Shown here: piece by piece, positions 48,709-59,939 of the stretch
Layout: the number at the start of each line of letters is the position of its first letter
Position numbering within the stretch: position 1 is the first letter of the stretch
Assembly (NCBI GenBank): GCA_964035545.1
Contig: OZ037769.1
Coordinates: 9,446,129 to 9,510,128 of the forward strand
Origin: Bugula neritina
Lineage: Eukaryota; Animalia; Bryozoa
Reading direction: 5' to 3'
Length of the DNA stretch: 64,000 nt
Notes under the pieces: model-generated
What the model was told of the DNA's origin: nothing
What the model saw: only the letters and a program-made list of their open reading frames with translations
The model's database searches: none
Program-made: the position numbers and the translations under genes

Positions 48709-51700
48709 CAATATGGCACGTTAAAACTCAGTATGATACAGTGGAGATAGTGTGAAAAACATTCAACAGTACTCAAGACTTGTATTGAAAAATGGAGCTG
48801 AATATTATAATATATTAATGTAGGTTGAATATCAGCGACTATAACTTGTATTAAAATGACGTAGAAGCTCATACAATATTGTTTCCTAGCATCAAACATA
48901 CTTACCACTTGCCAGGATATGGGACAACAATATATAATATGTACAATCAAGGGACTAAAAGAACACATGTATTACAATACAAATACACTATAATATGATA
49001 TATCCATCCACCTGCATACCACAAAGAGTATATATATTAATAAAATGCAACTAAAGTATAGCATACAGTGTACATACAGGAGTGTATTGCATATAACATA
49101 CCATAGAGTGACCAACAAGCACCACCTTACTAGGTTGATATCTAGGATTGGTGTAAAGAGACATCACGTGAAGAATACAGTCTTTAAGAAACTCTACAGT
49201 TATAAAATGTAGTACGACTGTTGATGAAACATTATGGATATGTACATTCTGTGTAAGACTCATCTTGTTTTGCAAACTCAATGAAAAAGGACTGCAGATT
49301 TATGGCAAATGATTCAGTACTTTATGGATTTGAGTGATGAAATTGATTACTGCACCTGTATGTAGCAGACAACTTTATTTAAAGGAGTGTTTTCAAAAAA
49401 GTTACATTTGTCCCTTTACAATTGTTAGGTTTCACTATGCCCAACTGTTGGCCTTTGATTGTATAATGAACTTATGGTTAGAATAAAATTTTCCCATTTT
49501 GTAGATTTTAAATGTGAACAAATATAAACCGAGGTCAGCAATGCTATTTGCAGTGGACTTAAGTTAGGCACTTTGCAACCCACAGATTAGGCTTTTCAAC
49601 AAAATGTCACCAGAGCACATCTCCAGGTAGCCATGTATGCAAGGTTGCCAACAGGGCGGCGACTGCGGAATTAAACCAACTCAAACATTGGTGGGTGAAA
49701 GAGGATTTAACAGAATCTCTTGTCCCAAGAGAAGTAAGAAATGATGCTGTGCATGTGCCAGACAGTATTATGAAATGGGTCATTTTACTTAATTTAGTAC
49801 ACATTTAATAACTCTAGTTTTGGGCTATTTTTCACAATTTAGCTGCAAATGTATATGTTTTTTGCTCTAAACTATTGAAATATTAACAAACACAACTAAA
49901 TAATTAAGGTTTTCTCAATTTTGCATGACTTTGTAGGTTCTACCTTTTAATTAATTAATTAGTATTATGGGATATATGGACCATGATGGTTGTTTCGGCA
50001 CGGTCCACAAATATATATTTAGCTCATATGACAATGACTGGCGTACTTTAATGTTGCAGGGCTTCCTTCCAGTCTTTTTTGCTATGCATAGTTAGAACCA
50101 GCACATAAAATTAGTAGAGAGTTTTTATGAATTTTGAGTAAACTTCAACTTTTGGTCATAATTTGCTGATGTGTGTTGAATAACGTAAAATTACCCAAAT
50201 TCATCAAATGCTCCTATGGAAGCCAACAATCATGCAAAACATTGAGATGTCGCTGTTTTAGTACATCTCTCCCATGCACAGAGTTCTGTGCTTTCGAAGC
50301 AGCAGCAGGAGTGTGCTGCAATGAACTAAGATTTCTAACAAATGCTGATGATTGAGAAAAATGAGAAAGGTGGTGTAATGCAATAAATATGATCGGAATT
50401 TTGTAGCATTTGTAGGATTATATATATGATATATTCCAACTTTAGCTGGGCAATATGCCTCTGGATCGCTTCTTCATTTGCTATTCACTGGCAGTAAGCA
50501 ATGTTTTTCTTCATATATCTGTCCAGACAATTTCGAAAGCTTTTTATGGTTTCTCTGCATCATATGTGATTTTTATTGAATAAAGTCAGATTTTTGAGCT
50601 GAGCAACAGGCTTTTTACTTTTATTCCTTTTCATTGGCAAAGCATATGTTCATTTCAAAAATGCACATTTCTTGAAATCATAGAATAAATTATTTTTTTC
50701 AACATAATATAGACTTTATGCCTACTAGATTACAGCTTTCCATAATTGGCGGCCATCTTGGATTTCTTTAAATGTTCAAGGGTGGCAGGTCTACACCCAC
50801 CTGGAAACGTTTATCTGGACCCTCACGATAAATAATCAAGAGAAAAAAACTTTATCCGAGATTGCGAACCTAACCCCCAGTTCTGCCAGACAAAGACAAT
50901 AACTTTCTGACTAAGATGATTTCAAAGTTTTCCAACACAGTCAGCTTTCAGCAAGTTAGAAGTGTGCTTCATGAACTTAGGAGGGTTTAGGCTGACACTT
51001 TTATGCTATCAAGAGCAAGACAGTTCTGTTCATGTTGTGGTTTACAGAAGTCCTTCTTAACATTAGCTTCAAGTTTTTTGTCATTGAAATTTCACATCTA
51101 ATGATAGCTAACGACTCATTGCTTGGGCCAAAAGTGTGAATTTTTTTTACCAAATTGATTGTGCTTTTAAATGTTATAATGAAAGTATCAAGTTGAACAG
51201 CTTTTTAAATGCAACAAGGCTAACAGAATGTGGCTTACCAGTCTGGAGCCGTATGTTACCACCGTAGAAGCCATACATTTCCTACAACAAAGATACCCAC
51301 ACAATCAAGTTAATAAGTTAACTTTTGAGACATATTACAAGAGCCTAAACCAAGTAAATATGGTCATTTTGTAGCAGGCACATACACAAACAGCAACTCC
51401 CTCAACTGAAAGCACAAAAAAGAATTAGATTTCAAGCCATATGACGAATGGATTGCACGGAGCACATTTTTTAATTTTATGTAAGAAAGTTTAGAATACT
51501 TACTTCATTGAAATCAACACTAAAAAAGTCAAATTGTGTTGTGAGGCTTCTGTGATGCCCCATGCGATAAGTTACTGAGGCTAAGGATCTCACTAAAATA
51601 CAATATATAGCATGAGTACTGTATAATTAGAACACACTAATACAACAGTGTACTACAATCAATAGCGGCATAATACATGTTAATTACACTATACATAAAT

Positions 51701-54700
51701 ATTTAAGCTTTTGTGAAATTTATAGCCCTACTGCTTCAATAAAGTGTTTCTTGGGTGATATTTATGTGCATATTATCTAATGTTATACCACATATTGTCT
51801 TGTATTAAAATGCACATCTCTAACAATAAATTTTAATCGCCGCAGGTTGGATGTGCCAACTTAAAACCATAAGTGATTGATAAATATTAGAAACTTTCTA
51901 AAAGACCTAGCACACATCGGCTTCATTACTGTTTTTGTTCCAAAAATACATGGTATAAATTCTATTGCAACTGAATTAAATTCTACTTGTTGAATTAAAA
52001 TTTCAGCCTTGTAGAATATGATCCTAAAGTCATTAGAAAAATCCAGCGCAAGAATAGTCAACACTTAGAAGTATATTCACAACTATTACAACTTAAATAC
52101 AATAGTAAATTAATCAAAGAGCCAGGGAGATTGCAAATAATGAGGCTTATTCCAATAGTAAGATGTACACACTACAATAGACAGTAGCGAACTGGCTGTT
52201 ATTAAAAATCACTCTAGTATTTATTTGTTATATCATTTATTTGCTTTACAAAATCCTAAAATTCTGATACTATTAAACATGTGATAGTTATTTTAAAGCT
52301 TTCTATTTTCTTTATTGTGATTAACAATGTACAATATAAAACCATATAATAAATCATAACTTATGATCGTCACTGGCTGATCATTTATGCAAGCCATTAG
52401 ACTACCTTTTGTCAATTATCTTTTGCATTATCCTAATGAAAACCCTACATTTTCAACTATTTCAAGTATTAGATGTCTATCAAATCTGATTAAGCCATTA
52501 AGCAGCCAAAAACAGAATCTGCACAAGCGCAGTCACTATGTCCACATTTTTGACTCAAATAGTCAGTAGGGCTTTATTATCATACTAATAACAAAATGAG
52601 ATCCCATCTCACTCCATTATAGAGCACTTAAAACTGCTACTAGGGCTTACAAACCATTTTAACCAAAGTAATCCAGTAACTGGTAAATATATTACAACTG
52701 CGAATAAAATCAATACATGTTTTTATAGGACTAACCTTGCTTGTAACTACCCATGTTTCCAGGTATGAAAAGAACAGGCACCCCTTGTACAGGTGTGCTT
52801 GGGTCTCTAAAACATTATAGAAAATATACATCAACATCAACACCTTTGATATACTGCAAAATCTTTTAAACTCAAATCTGAACATCTTGGACTTAAATTT
52901 ATGTAGCTAGTCTATAAACTCTACAAAGTATGTGAATTATAAAGACTAGTGGTGACAGCAACTTATCAGATTGAGAAATTGACTTATTACGATGCTGAGA
53001 AAATCCAAATTACTTTACAACTCTGGCAGCAAGCCTTGTAGTATCACAATACACAGATTCAAGGCATGTTCAAGTGCAGAAAATCTTGGTAGTTATTGAT
53101 TAATGATTAGCAAATGAAGAAGATAAACTCACCTGAACATTTCCGCCTGGCCACTGTAAAATTGACAACACAACACTGGTGAGTGATCAAATAAACTGTA
53201 TTCATGTATGCACAAGGTTGAGGGATGTATTTGAGGACCAAGATGTTTACATTCTTCCAGCATTTTTATATAAAAATTGGGGCTAGCAGATCAGTTATTT
53301 AGATTAGCAAACATGGTAGTGCAGGTCACTTACCCCTCGCCATATGCAAACAACTGGTATCTTGGATATTTTTGTCTCACACTGGGTAGCATATTTTGCT
53401 TCTGTCAAAATAAAAATACATATGCATCATATTTAAACTTTTTATATTTGAGTAAGATTGACTAAAACTAGATCTTTATAAATTTGTGAAGATTTAGAGT
53501 GAAATGCAATAACCTTCAAAGCACTGCAACAACTATAAACATTTCTACAAAACACAGTGGCCTAAAATTTATATTTCAATAAATTTTATAACAAATTAAT
53601 TTTTTTGACCATGATTTTATTTATTGGTTTCATTTGTGAACTACTAACACATTTATACTGCATATATAGAAAATGCGTTATAATGTGACTACACTATCTA
53701 CCAGAGCTGGGCTGAAGTCTTAGCAAATTGGACCAACAGACTAGCCAAGTCAGGTCATGGTTGAGAGAACGTCAAGCAAAGTCTAAAGCTGCATGTACAC
53801 AGGCCGATTTTTCATGAAAATTGGCCAATAAACTGCTATCGATTTTTTAGGATTTTTGAAAAATCGGCCGATTTTGCTTTTGGCCGATTTTTCAAGCGAT
53901 TTTCAGAATTGAACATGTTTAATTTATCGGTCGATTTTCTGTTGAACCAGCCAATCAAAAGATGGCAGAAAATCATGACATCAAGCGAAATTAGCACCAT
54001 TGTTGAAATACAACCAGGAAGTAATTAATACGTTGCTATTACTGCGATACATCATATATGAAATACAATTAACTAAAATAACTATCAATAGCAGTAGTAG
54101 TGTGATAAACTTGTGGGTCGAATGCAACTTATGTGTGGAACATATTTCTTTGTAAGAGAGAACAAGAGGTGATGTATTCGTTGATAGTAGCAATCTTTAT
54201 TGATGATTAAAAATAGAGGTCCTCCACAAGCGAGCTCCAGTAGTAGACTGAACTATACTGGAACTCGCTTGCTTTTATATACATGGAACAAAAGAAAACG
54301 ATTCTTTTGTTGTCCGAAACCGGAGGTTCGAAATGCCGATTTCGGGCAACATTAGTAAAAATTACATGGTAAGCATAATTCCACAGCAGTAGTAATAACA
54401 ACGCATTGGTTGTTGTGTAACTTTGAGAAAGTTAGTTTCACTTTCGTGGAAATTCATTAAACATTGCTCTTTTTTAAATAGAAAAATATTATTATTCTTA
54501 ACTTTTACTTATGTATAATATAATTTATAACTTGTAGTTTATATGTTGTTGTTTTCATATTCATGTAACCAGTATTAGTATGAGATTGAGTATCTCAACT
54601 TTCCAATTTAAATATTTTCTTGGAGAACATATTTGCCATGCTCTACAGTTTTCATTACCTATATAAACAATAATGCTTGAGTTAAACTTCTAGTTTTAAA

Positions 54701-57700
54701 CTAAATAGCTTAAAAATTTGGTAAGTGATGTTAAAAGTGTAGCTTAGTAATTTATGGATAATCATAGATAATAAATATGGTTAAATAAATAGCTACTTAG
54801 CCAGCTATTTACTTTTTAATTTAATACTAAAATTAGTGATACAGTTTTACGAAATTTTCAAATGCAGCAAGCTGCTAACAAATTATAGACAGCTAGTTTA
54901 TTTTATTCATTTTTTATTTATTAGAACATTAGAATTGATTGAGTTGTTTTCCTTCTCGCCACAAAATAACATATAAGCTACAGCTGCTAAAGTTTCTTTA
55001 TTGTTTCTAGCCATTTCACTTGTGAAAATAACGTATATAAAAATGCCTAGGTATGTTTACTATGCCAATGCACATGCAACTGATCTTGATCTCTGCGCAT
55101 GAACCTAGAAGAAAGTTATAGAGACTGAGAGCCATCCGCCAATAAAACGCAAGCAGGAAATTAACGCGGGGACATGAAAACCGTCTAGAAAATCGGCAGA
55201 TTTTTTAATCAGCAATAGCGAAATAGACAAGAACAAAATCGGCTAAAAAAAATCGGCCTGTGTACATGTAGCTTAGGTCAAGTTAATTATTGACTTTGGT
55301 AAACCAAGTAAAACTGAATTGATTACAAGTACATGATCAGTTAACATATGTCTGGCCTATACAGAAACTACCTATAATTAATGAAAATTGGTAAGTAGTT
55401 AAACCATTTAGTAGTCTTAATAAAAATGATACATTTGCCATTTTAGATGGCAACTACTACAATAAAGGCTTAAAACCATTGAATTACAACAGTTATTCAA
55501 TGTCTAGCAGCATTGATATAGTTGATGGCTGAAATTTTCAGTCGAATTCAAAAGCACTCTTCACTCCTCGAAACAAGATGATTAAAAATTCATCTAAGTC
55601 AAACAAAATCAAGTAGTTGAGCAAGTCAAGCCAAATCCAGCCAATGATAGCAAAGTACATCAAACCATTTCAAGCTATCAAGCAAGAGAATAAATTAAAT
55701 TCATACAAACATAATTTGCTGTATTATAACTTAGAACTATTATTAATGAAAGAAAAATTTATACAAGAACGATACTTACACTTTCAAAACATTTTTGACC
55801 AATAATGATAATTTTCACTTAACTAGAATTGGAAAATGCAATCTTTTTTGTAACTATTGTAGCTGTTGCAAAATGTAAGAAGTTGGCCTAATTTTATGTT
55901 AACAATTCCAATGCATCACATTATTGATTTGAACAAGTCAGATGCGTAAGGAATAGGGAATCAATGAAACTGATATGCATTTCCACATTGCTGTGACTGG
56001 TGCAGCCTTACGAGGGTTGTCTGGGGACAAGGTACCAGTTAATTGAGCAGTGAGCTTGTCAGCTATACTGAAGCATGTGAGCTGGAACCCTAAAGACAGA
56101 GTTCATGAGTTTTCCAAATAAATAATAAAAAAGGTTCATAGAGCCATCCTGGAGTTAGATGCAAATGGCAGAGAAACCCGCACTATGAAGGAACTGACTA
56201 ATGAGCTGCCTGAGAAGCACTGGTCTCTACCCTGGGAGTTGACTCATCTTTTTCCAAGCACAATAGAAGTCATAGGAATAATTTATCTATTCACCAGCCT
56301 ACAATTTGAATTTGCCCTAATTCAAGGCAGATGAGATTGGATGAATGGATGAATAAGCCCATGAAGAGAAAAACTGATACGCTAATTCAGGGTTGGGGCC
56401 AATTGCATGTGAATGTAATTAATTACAACTACATAAAAAATTGTGAATTACAATTATAATTACAGTTAAAAGGTAATGTAATTGATTACAATTACTTTTA
56501 TTCTCACAAGGGATACATAAAATTTACGCCATCTTACTTCTAGGGCCCAACTTCTGCGAAATTTTGACTGCAGTGAACTGCCTTTTTCTCAACAATGATA
56601 CTATACTACCTTGACTTAACTTGAACTTGTCATTTAACAGTAGGCATGGTTGGAAAAGTATGAATTTTTTAAGATTTTAAAGTTTGAAGTAATTGACATG
56701 TAATCATAAAGTAATTGTAAAAATCAATTATATTAACTGTGTAATTAATTACAATTACATTCTTATACATCAATTAAATTAATAATAGTTATGATATTTA
56801 TCATTATAATTATTGTAGTGGCTGTGGGAAGTATACCCCCCAAAACCTCCCCTATATAAGTACCTACAGCAGAACTTGTGACATTGTAGTATATTATGAA
56901 AGTAAATATAAGGTTCCAAGAGACTACAAATCCGTTAGTGATGCGGCAACCCCATGCGGCACCGCATTTTTCCGTGTGATGGGCCCACCGGAACTCTTTA
57001 CTAGCCAATCAGAGCCAACCCCCTCAGATACAAACAGCGCCTTCCGGCGCCCAGTCGGAGTGGGAGGATAACTGTCACATAGACTAGGATAATATTGTGT
57101 AGCTGTACTATATGTGTATATTTTTTTGCGACTGTTGATGACTTTTTTTGTATCTAATTAGACTTTAAATATACTGTAGTGTTGAGTTTACCCAGTGGCC
57201 TCTGTGGTGTAATGGTAACACACTTGCTTGCAAGCCAGAGGACTCGGGTTCAATTCCCAGTGGTGGCAATTATTTTACAAGCTATTTCGGCCTTTAGTGA
57301 AGTGTAGTTGTAGTACTCCGAGGCAGTTGAGTGGCCAGGAGAGCCTGATGACTGAAGGAGTAATAGATAGGCCAGTGGAGTTCAGAGAACTGGGTGGGAT
57401 GTAGTGTTGAGTTTACCCAGTGGCCTCCGTGGTGTAATGGTAGCACACTTGCTTGCAAGCCAGAGGACTCGGGTTCGATTCCCAGTGGTGGCAATTATTT
57501 TACATATACGTTTTTTATAAACGTTCACTACTTCGGTTTCTCTCATAAACCATGCAGCAGTAATTCGCGTGTACAATAATACCCCACTCTAGTAGTGCAC
57601 AAAACTACAACAATATTTATTAACTTCATTATTAAGGCCTATGACTATGAGTATGAGCTATGACATAGGAGTATGCCTATGCATATGTCTAAGGTTAAAG

Positions 57701-58295
57701 GCTAAAAGCAAGACTAAGTATCAGTATTACTGTATCTGTAAGTGTACGAGTATGCCTAGGGCTAACCCTATCACTCAACTAGAATAGCCATAGGGCCTAT
57801 GCTTGTTATTATTACTATTAGTCACTGTTAGGGGTTATCACTATGACTATGACTCTAGAGTCGATAGGTATAGGCATAAGTTAAAGTATAACTAATAGTA
57901 TAGCCTATAACTATAAGTATAACTATTGGCTATCGTAATGGCTGCTATTACTATTAGTATTAGAGTATTACTATTTGTATTGATATTATTATTATTATTC
58001 ATATTGATATTTAACTCGGAGCTACTCATTATGATTATGATTGACAGATTCTGCCAGAGTCGGTGTTATTATAAATATAAGACATAATGATGAGGGTTAG
58101 CCGCAGACTAGATGCTAGAAGTAGACAACGTGAAGAAGGAATACTTACAATGTATTGCATTTTCTCAAACATGTATGTCATTTCACAGCGATTGGACTCA
58201 TTGTTTTCAACAAATTCATATATTCCAGCAAGGAAAATGAAAAATATTAAAAGAAGACATGACAACTTTAATATAGAATAAATGCTTAAGGCCAT
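29965..58295 (-). CDS. PGAP1: GPI inositol-deacylase PGAP1, ~20 exons
   Basis: Phase-consistent GT-AG exons: 58295-58149 (TM + NRCEMTYMFE), 53401-53334 (KYPRYQLFAYGEG), 53153-53133, 52806-52736 (GVPVLFIPGNMGSYKQ), 51592-51504 (VRSLAS..FDFFSVDFNE), 51281-51239, 49193-49102 (VVLVGHSM), 48596-48500 (GGLLARA..IITQATPHQAP), 47923-47736 (SVGGGDRD), 47575-47456 (VPRAWVSTDHLCAIWC). Further exons near 47.0, 45.8, 45.3, 44.8, 44.5, 37-38, 33.2, 32.8, 32.1, 31.5 and 30.7 kb have less certain boundaries. The last exon is 30223-29965. Confidence 0.93.
34357..34553. repeat. 23-bp minisatellite, ~8 copies
   Basis: Unit catgtatttactataaccaacta. Confidence 0.93.
35500..36510. repeat. 47-bp minisatellite (~21 monomers) with higher-order organisation
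   Basis: Unit ctccagtagtgttaccaaagaaagtaaggtaatatattacagtatta. A 49-bp variant recurs at 35556, 35840 and 36171. Confidence 0.95.
39576..43283. mobile_element. Fold-back DNA transposon with >1-kb TIRs and two inverted transposase fragments (tentatively Sola2-like)
   Basis: TATA|GGGTCATTCC...GGAATGACCC|TATA. 39576-~40620 is a high-identity inverted repeat of ~42215-43283 (mirror ORFs in the ORF track). Both inner arms encode decayed ...SWTIDK/RT(S/A)IEFG(V/A)NNYLAQQAR(R/K)LQ... Family assignment rests on GGG termini, a 4-bp TSD and long TIRs, and is tentative. Confidence 0.85.
43290..43742. repeat. Degenerate ~30-bp AT-rich tandem repeat, continuing at 39400-39575 on the other side of the fold-back element
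   Basis: gtatagtatagtaatatacatat(a/c)at.. units occur on both flanks of 39576-43283. Confidence 0.8.
48000..48335. repeat. Low-complexity (AGT/GAT)-rich repeat
   Basis: agtgagtagtgatagc-like units. Confidence 0.85.
48649..48706. repeat. (TA)n microsatellite
   Basis: Directly visible. Confidence 0.98.
50170..50892 (+). mobile_element. DNA transposon 3' remnant with Cys-rich (CXC/Cys8) domain, possibly Academ-type
   Basis: KCSYGSQQSCKTLRCRCFSTSLPCTEFC..CCN matches the Cys-rich C-terminus of AcademX-like transposases. It is followed by a subterminal ggcggccatcttggatt motif and ends ...ttctgccagac. Only one end was seen. Confidence 0.5.
53787..55273. mobile_element. PIF/Harbinger-like non-autonomous element
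   Basis: TIRs agctgcatgtacacaggccgattttt / aaaaatcggcctgtgtacatgtagct; TAA/TAG flanks; subterminal ccgattttt / aaaatcgg repeats. Confidence 0.8.
57198..57268 (+). ncRNA. tRNA-like sequence in 5' LTR (probably not a functional tRNA)
   Basis: Box A TGGTGTAATGG and box B GGTTCAATTCC; stems imperfect. Confidence 0.7.
57423..57493 (+). ncRNA. tRNA-like sequence in 3' LTR (probably not a functional tRNA)
   Basis: GCCTCCG/TGGTGGC acceptor (1 mismatch), GTGT/GCAC D-stem, box A TGGTGTAATGG, box B GGTTCGATTCC, followed by TTTT. The anticodon arm is irregular (TTGCAA loop) and the T-stem has a C-A mismatch. Confidence 0.75.
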
Positions 58296-59939
58296 TTTTC
58301 AAAACCCTCGTATCTAATTCATTGTTTCAATAGCGTAAATATTGGGCATTGCGATTGAGCAAACGCCCAACGGGGATTGCCGTTTTTGTTACAGAGGATA
58401 CTGGAGCTTGCTAAGGATTTAAAACGCTGTTTTGTTCAATTGTTGGTATTGCCTGAGTTTGAAAAAAGACGTGATTTTTGTTTAGTAAAATGTTTTATAT
58501 TTTTGAAAAAATTTTTTTTTATTTATATTTTATTTACAAAAAATATGCTCCAACAATATTGATACACTATTTTTAAAATTTAAAAGAATGCGAAGCTGAG
58601 GTGTAATAAACTGAGTCCGATAAACAATTCCATATGAGATATTAAAGTTTATTCAAGTGAGTGCTGAGCTTCTCACACTGACATTAGCCTGACTTAGGCT
58701 TAGTATTCACTATCATCCTGAGCATAGCCCAAGTTAATGTAATAAAAATTTTAGTCTTTGAAAGTTATCGTATGTTATAAATTGAGCGGAGTCAAATGCA
58801 GCAGAATAGTCAATGTTATTCATACCTATTGTAGTATTGATATTCATATTGATATTCATATTGTAATTGTTAATGACTTAAAGTTAATCATAATTTATTA
58901 ATATATAATTATAAATATAAATATTTATAATAGCTATAATATTAATATTAATAGAATGACACTGATGGTGACAATGGTATAGAAAGACTTGATAATAATA
59001 ATTGAGTGATTTGAATGTCACTTCTGACTTCTCATTCTGAATTTTATTTCAAACTGAAGCTGTTGAAAATTATAAAACTAAAAGTAAAAAAGGCAAATGC
59101 ACTGTGTACGTGGCCTACGATAATATAAAAAATACACTGATATGATACAATAGTACACCTTGTTTGTAGTTTGTAGTCAAGCTTGGTCCTCTTTGGTTCT
59201 ACTGTTGTTATTGTCTCGTCCACCGATTCCTCTCTTCTTTTATGCTATCTTAACAAAAGTTCCATATCTTTCACAATCTCATTTGGTTCCACCACTTTCT
59301 TAATTTTTCTCTAGCTTGGAACTTGGCTGCGGAATTCCTGTGCACATCATCACGGAATAGGTAATTTTTCACTATTATTTTAAGGTTTATCCTGTAGCAC
59401 ATGACAATGTACAAGTCCATGGTAGGGTTTCCATTTTTTATATTGATTTCCACAATTAAAGAAATTCATTTGCTGAACCAGTTTCCTCTCTGATCCGACG
59501 AGCCACTGGTTGTGTAGAAGGTGGACAGTACCCATTGTTTTTTCCTTAACAATAAGGAGCACCTGCGTGGGTTCTACCGGATTGTTTCTCAACCTATGTA
59601 CTCCTTGCTCCAGCAAATCGGGTATCCCAAACACAAATATAGTTACCACGTCTCACTCACCCCGTTTTTTCCATGCTTCTGTCACCATTTCTTTTAGCCT
59701 CCATCCTCTTGTTTTGATCTCTCCTCTCTCCATTTGTATATTATTCAGCAAACTGTTAATTTTAATCCTCAGCATGTACAAAATAAGCAGGGCTAGTTCC
59801 CAAACCAGTTCCATTTATAATCTGTAGAAACGTTTCTCCTAAAACAAATCCTCTGTAGTCTCCTGATGATCCTAAAAAATTGCTTGGGTTGGTTTGTCTT
59901 CTCTTCTCCATCTAACTCGTTCTCCTCTTTGCTCTCCTC

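Larger units (their letters stand above)
57175..57504 (+). mobile_element. TRIM (miniature LTR retrotransposon) with tRNA-like Pol III cassette in each LTR (Helenus/TRIMp3-like)
   Basis: 105-bp direct repeats TGTAG...TTACA at 57175-57279 and 57400-57504 (3 transitions). 5-bp TSD TATAC (57170-57174 and 57505-57509). 120-bp non-coding interior ending in purine-rich gagaactgggtggga. Confidence 0.9.
56814..57609 (+). mobile_element. Possible old solo LTR hosting the miniature element
   Basis: Begins TGTAGTG and ends tgcacaaaACTACA, like the 9440 LTR (tgcacaaattACTACA). Contains CCAAT and taggataat motifs. No clean TSD. Confidence 0.35.

Noticed and set aside
49379-50051. Possible additional TTAA-bounded MITE
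   Set aside because: The candidate ends share only TTAAAG; no convincing TIR.
56389-56800. hAT-like MITE starting CAGGGTTGGGG with AATTAC repeats
   Set aside because: Only one terminus is visible and no TSD; not enough to call.
57198-57493. Two functional tRNA genes (Ala-TGC or Cys-GCA)
   Set aside because: The anticodon arm and T-stem are irregular, and both copies lie within TG...CA direct repeats bounded by a TSD, so they are better explained as TRIM LTRs.
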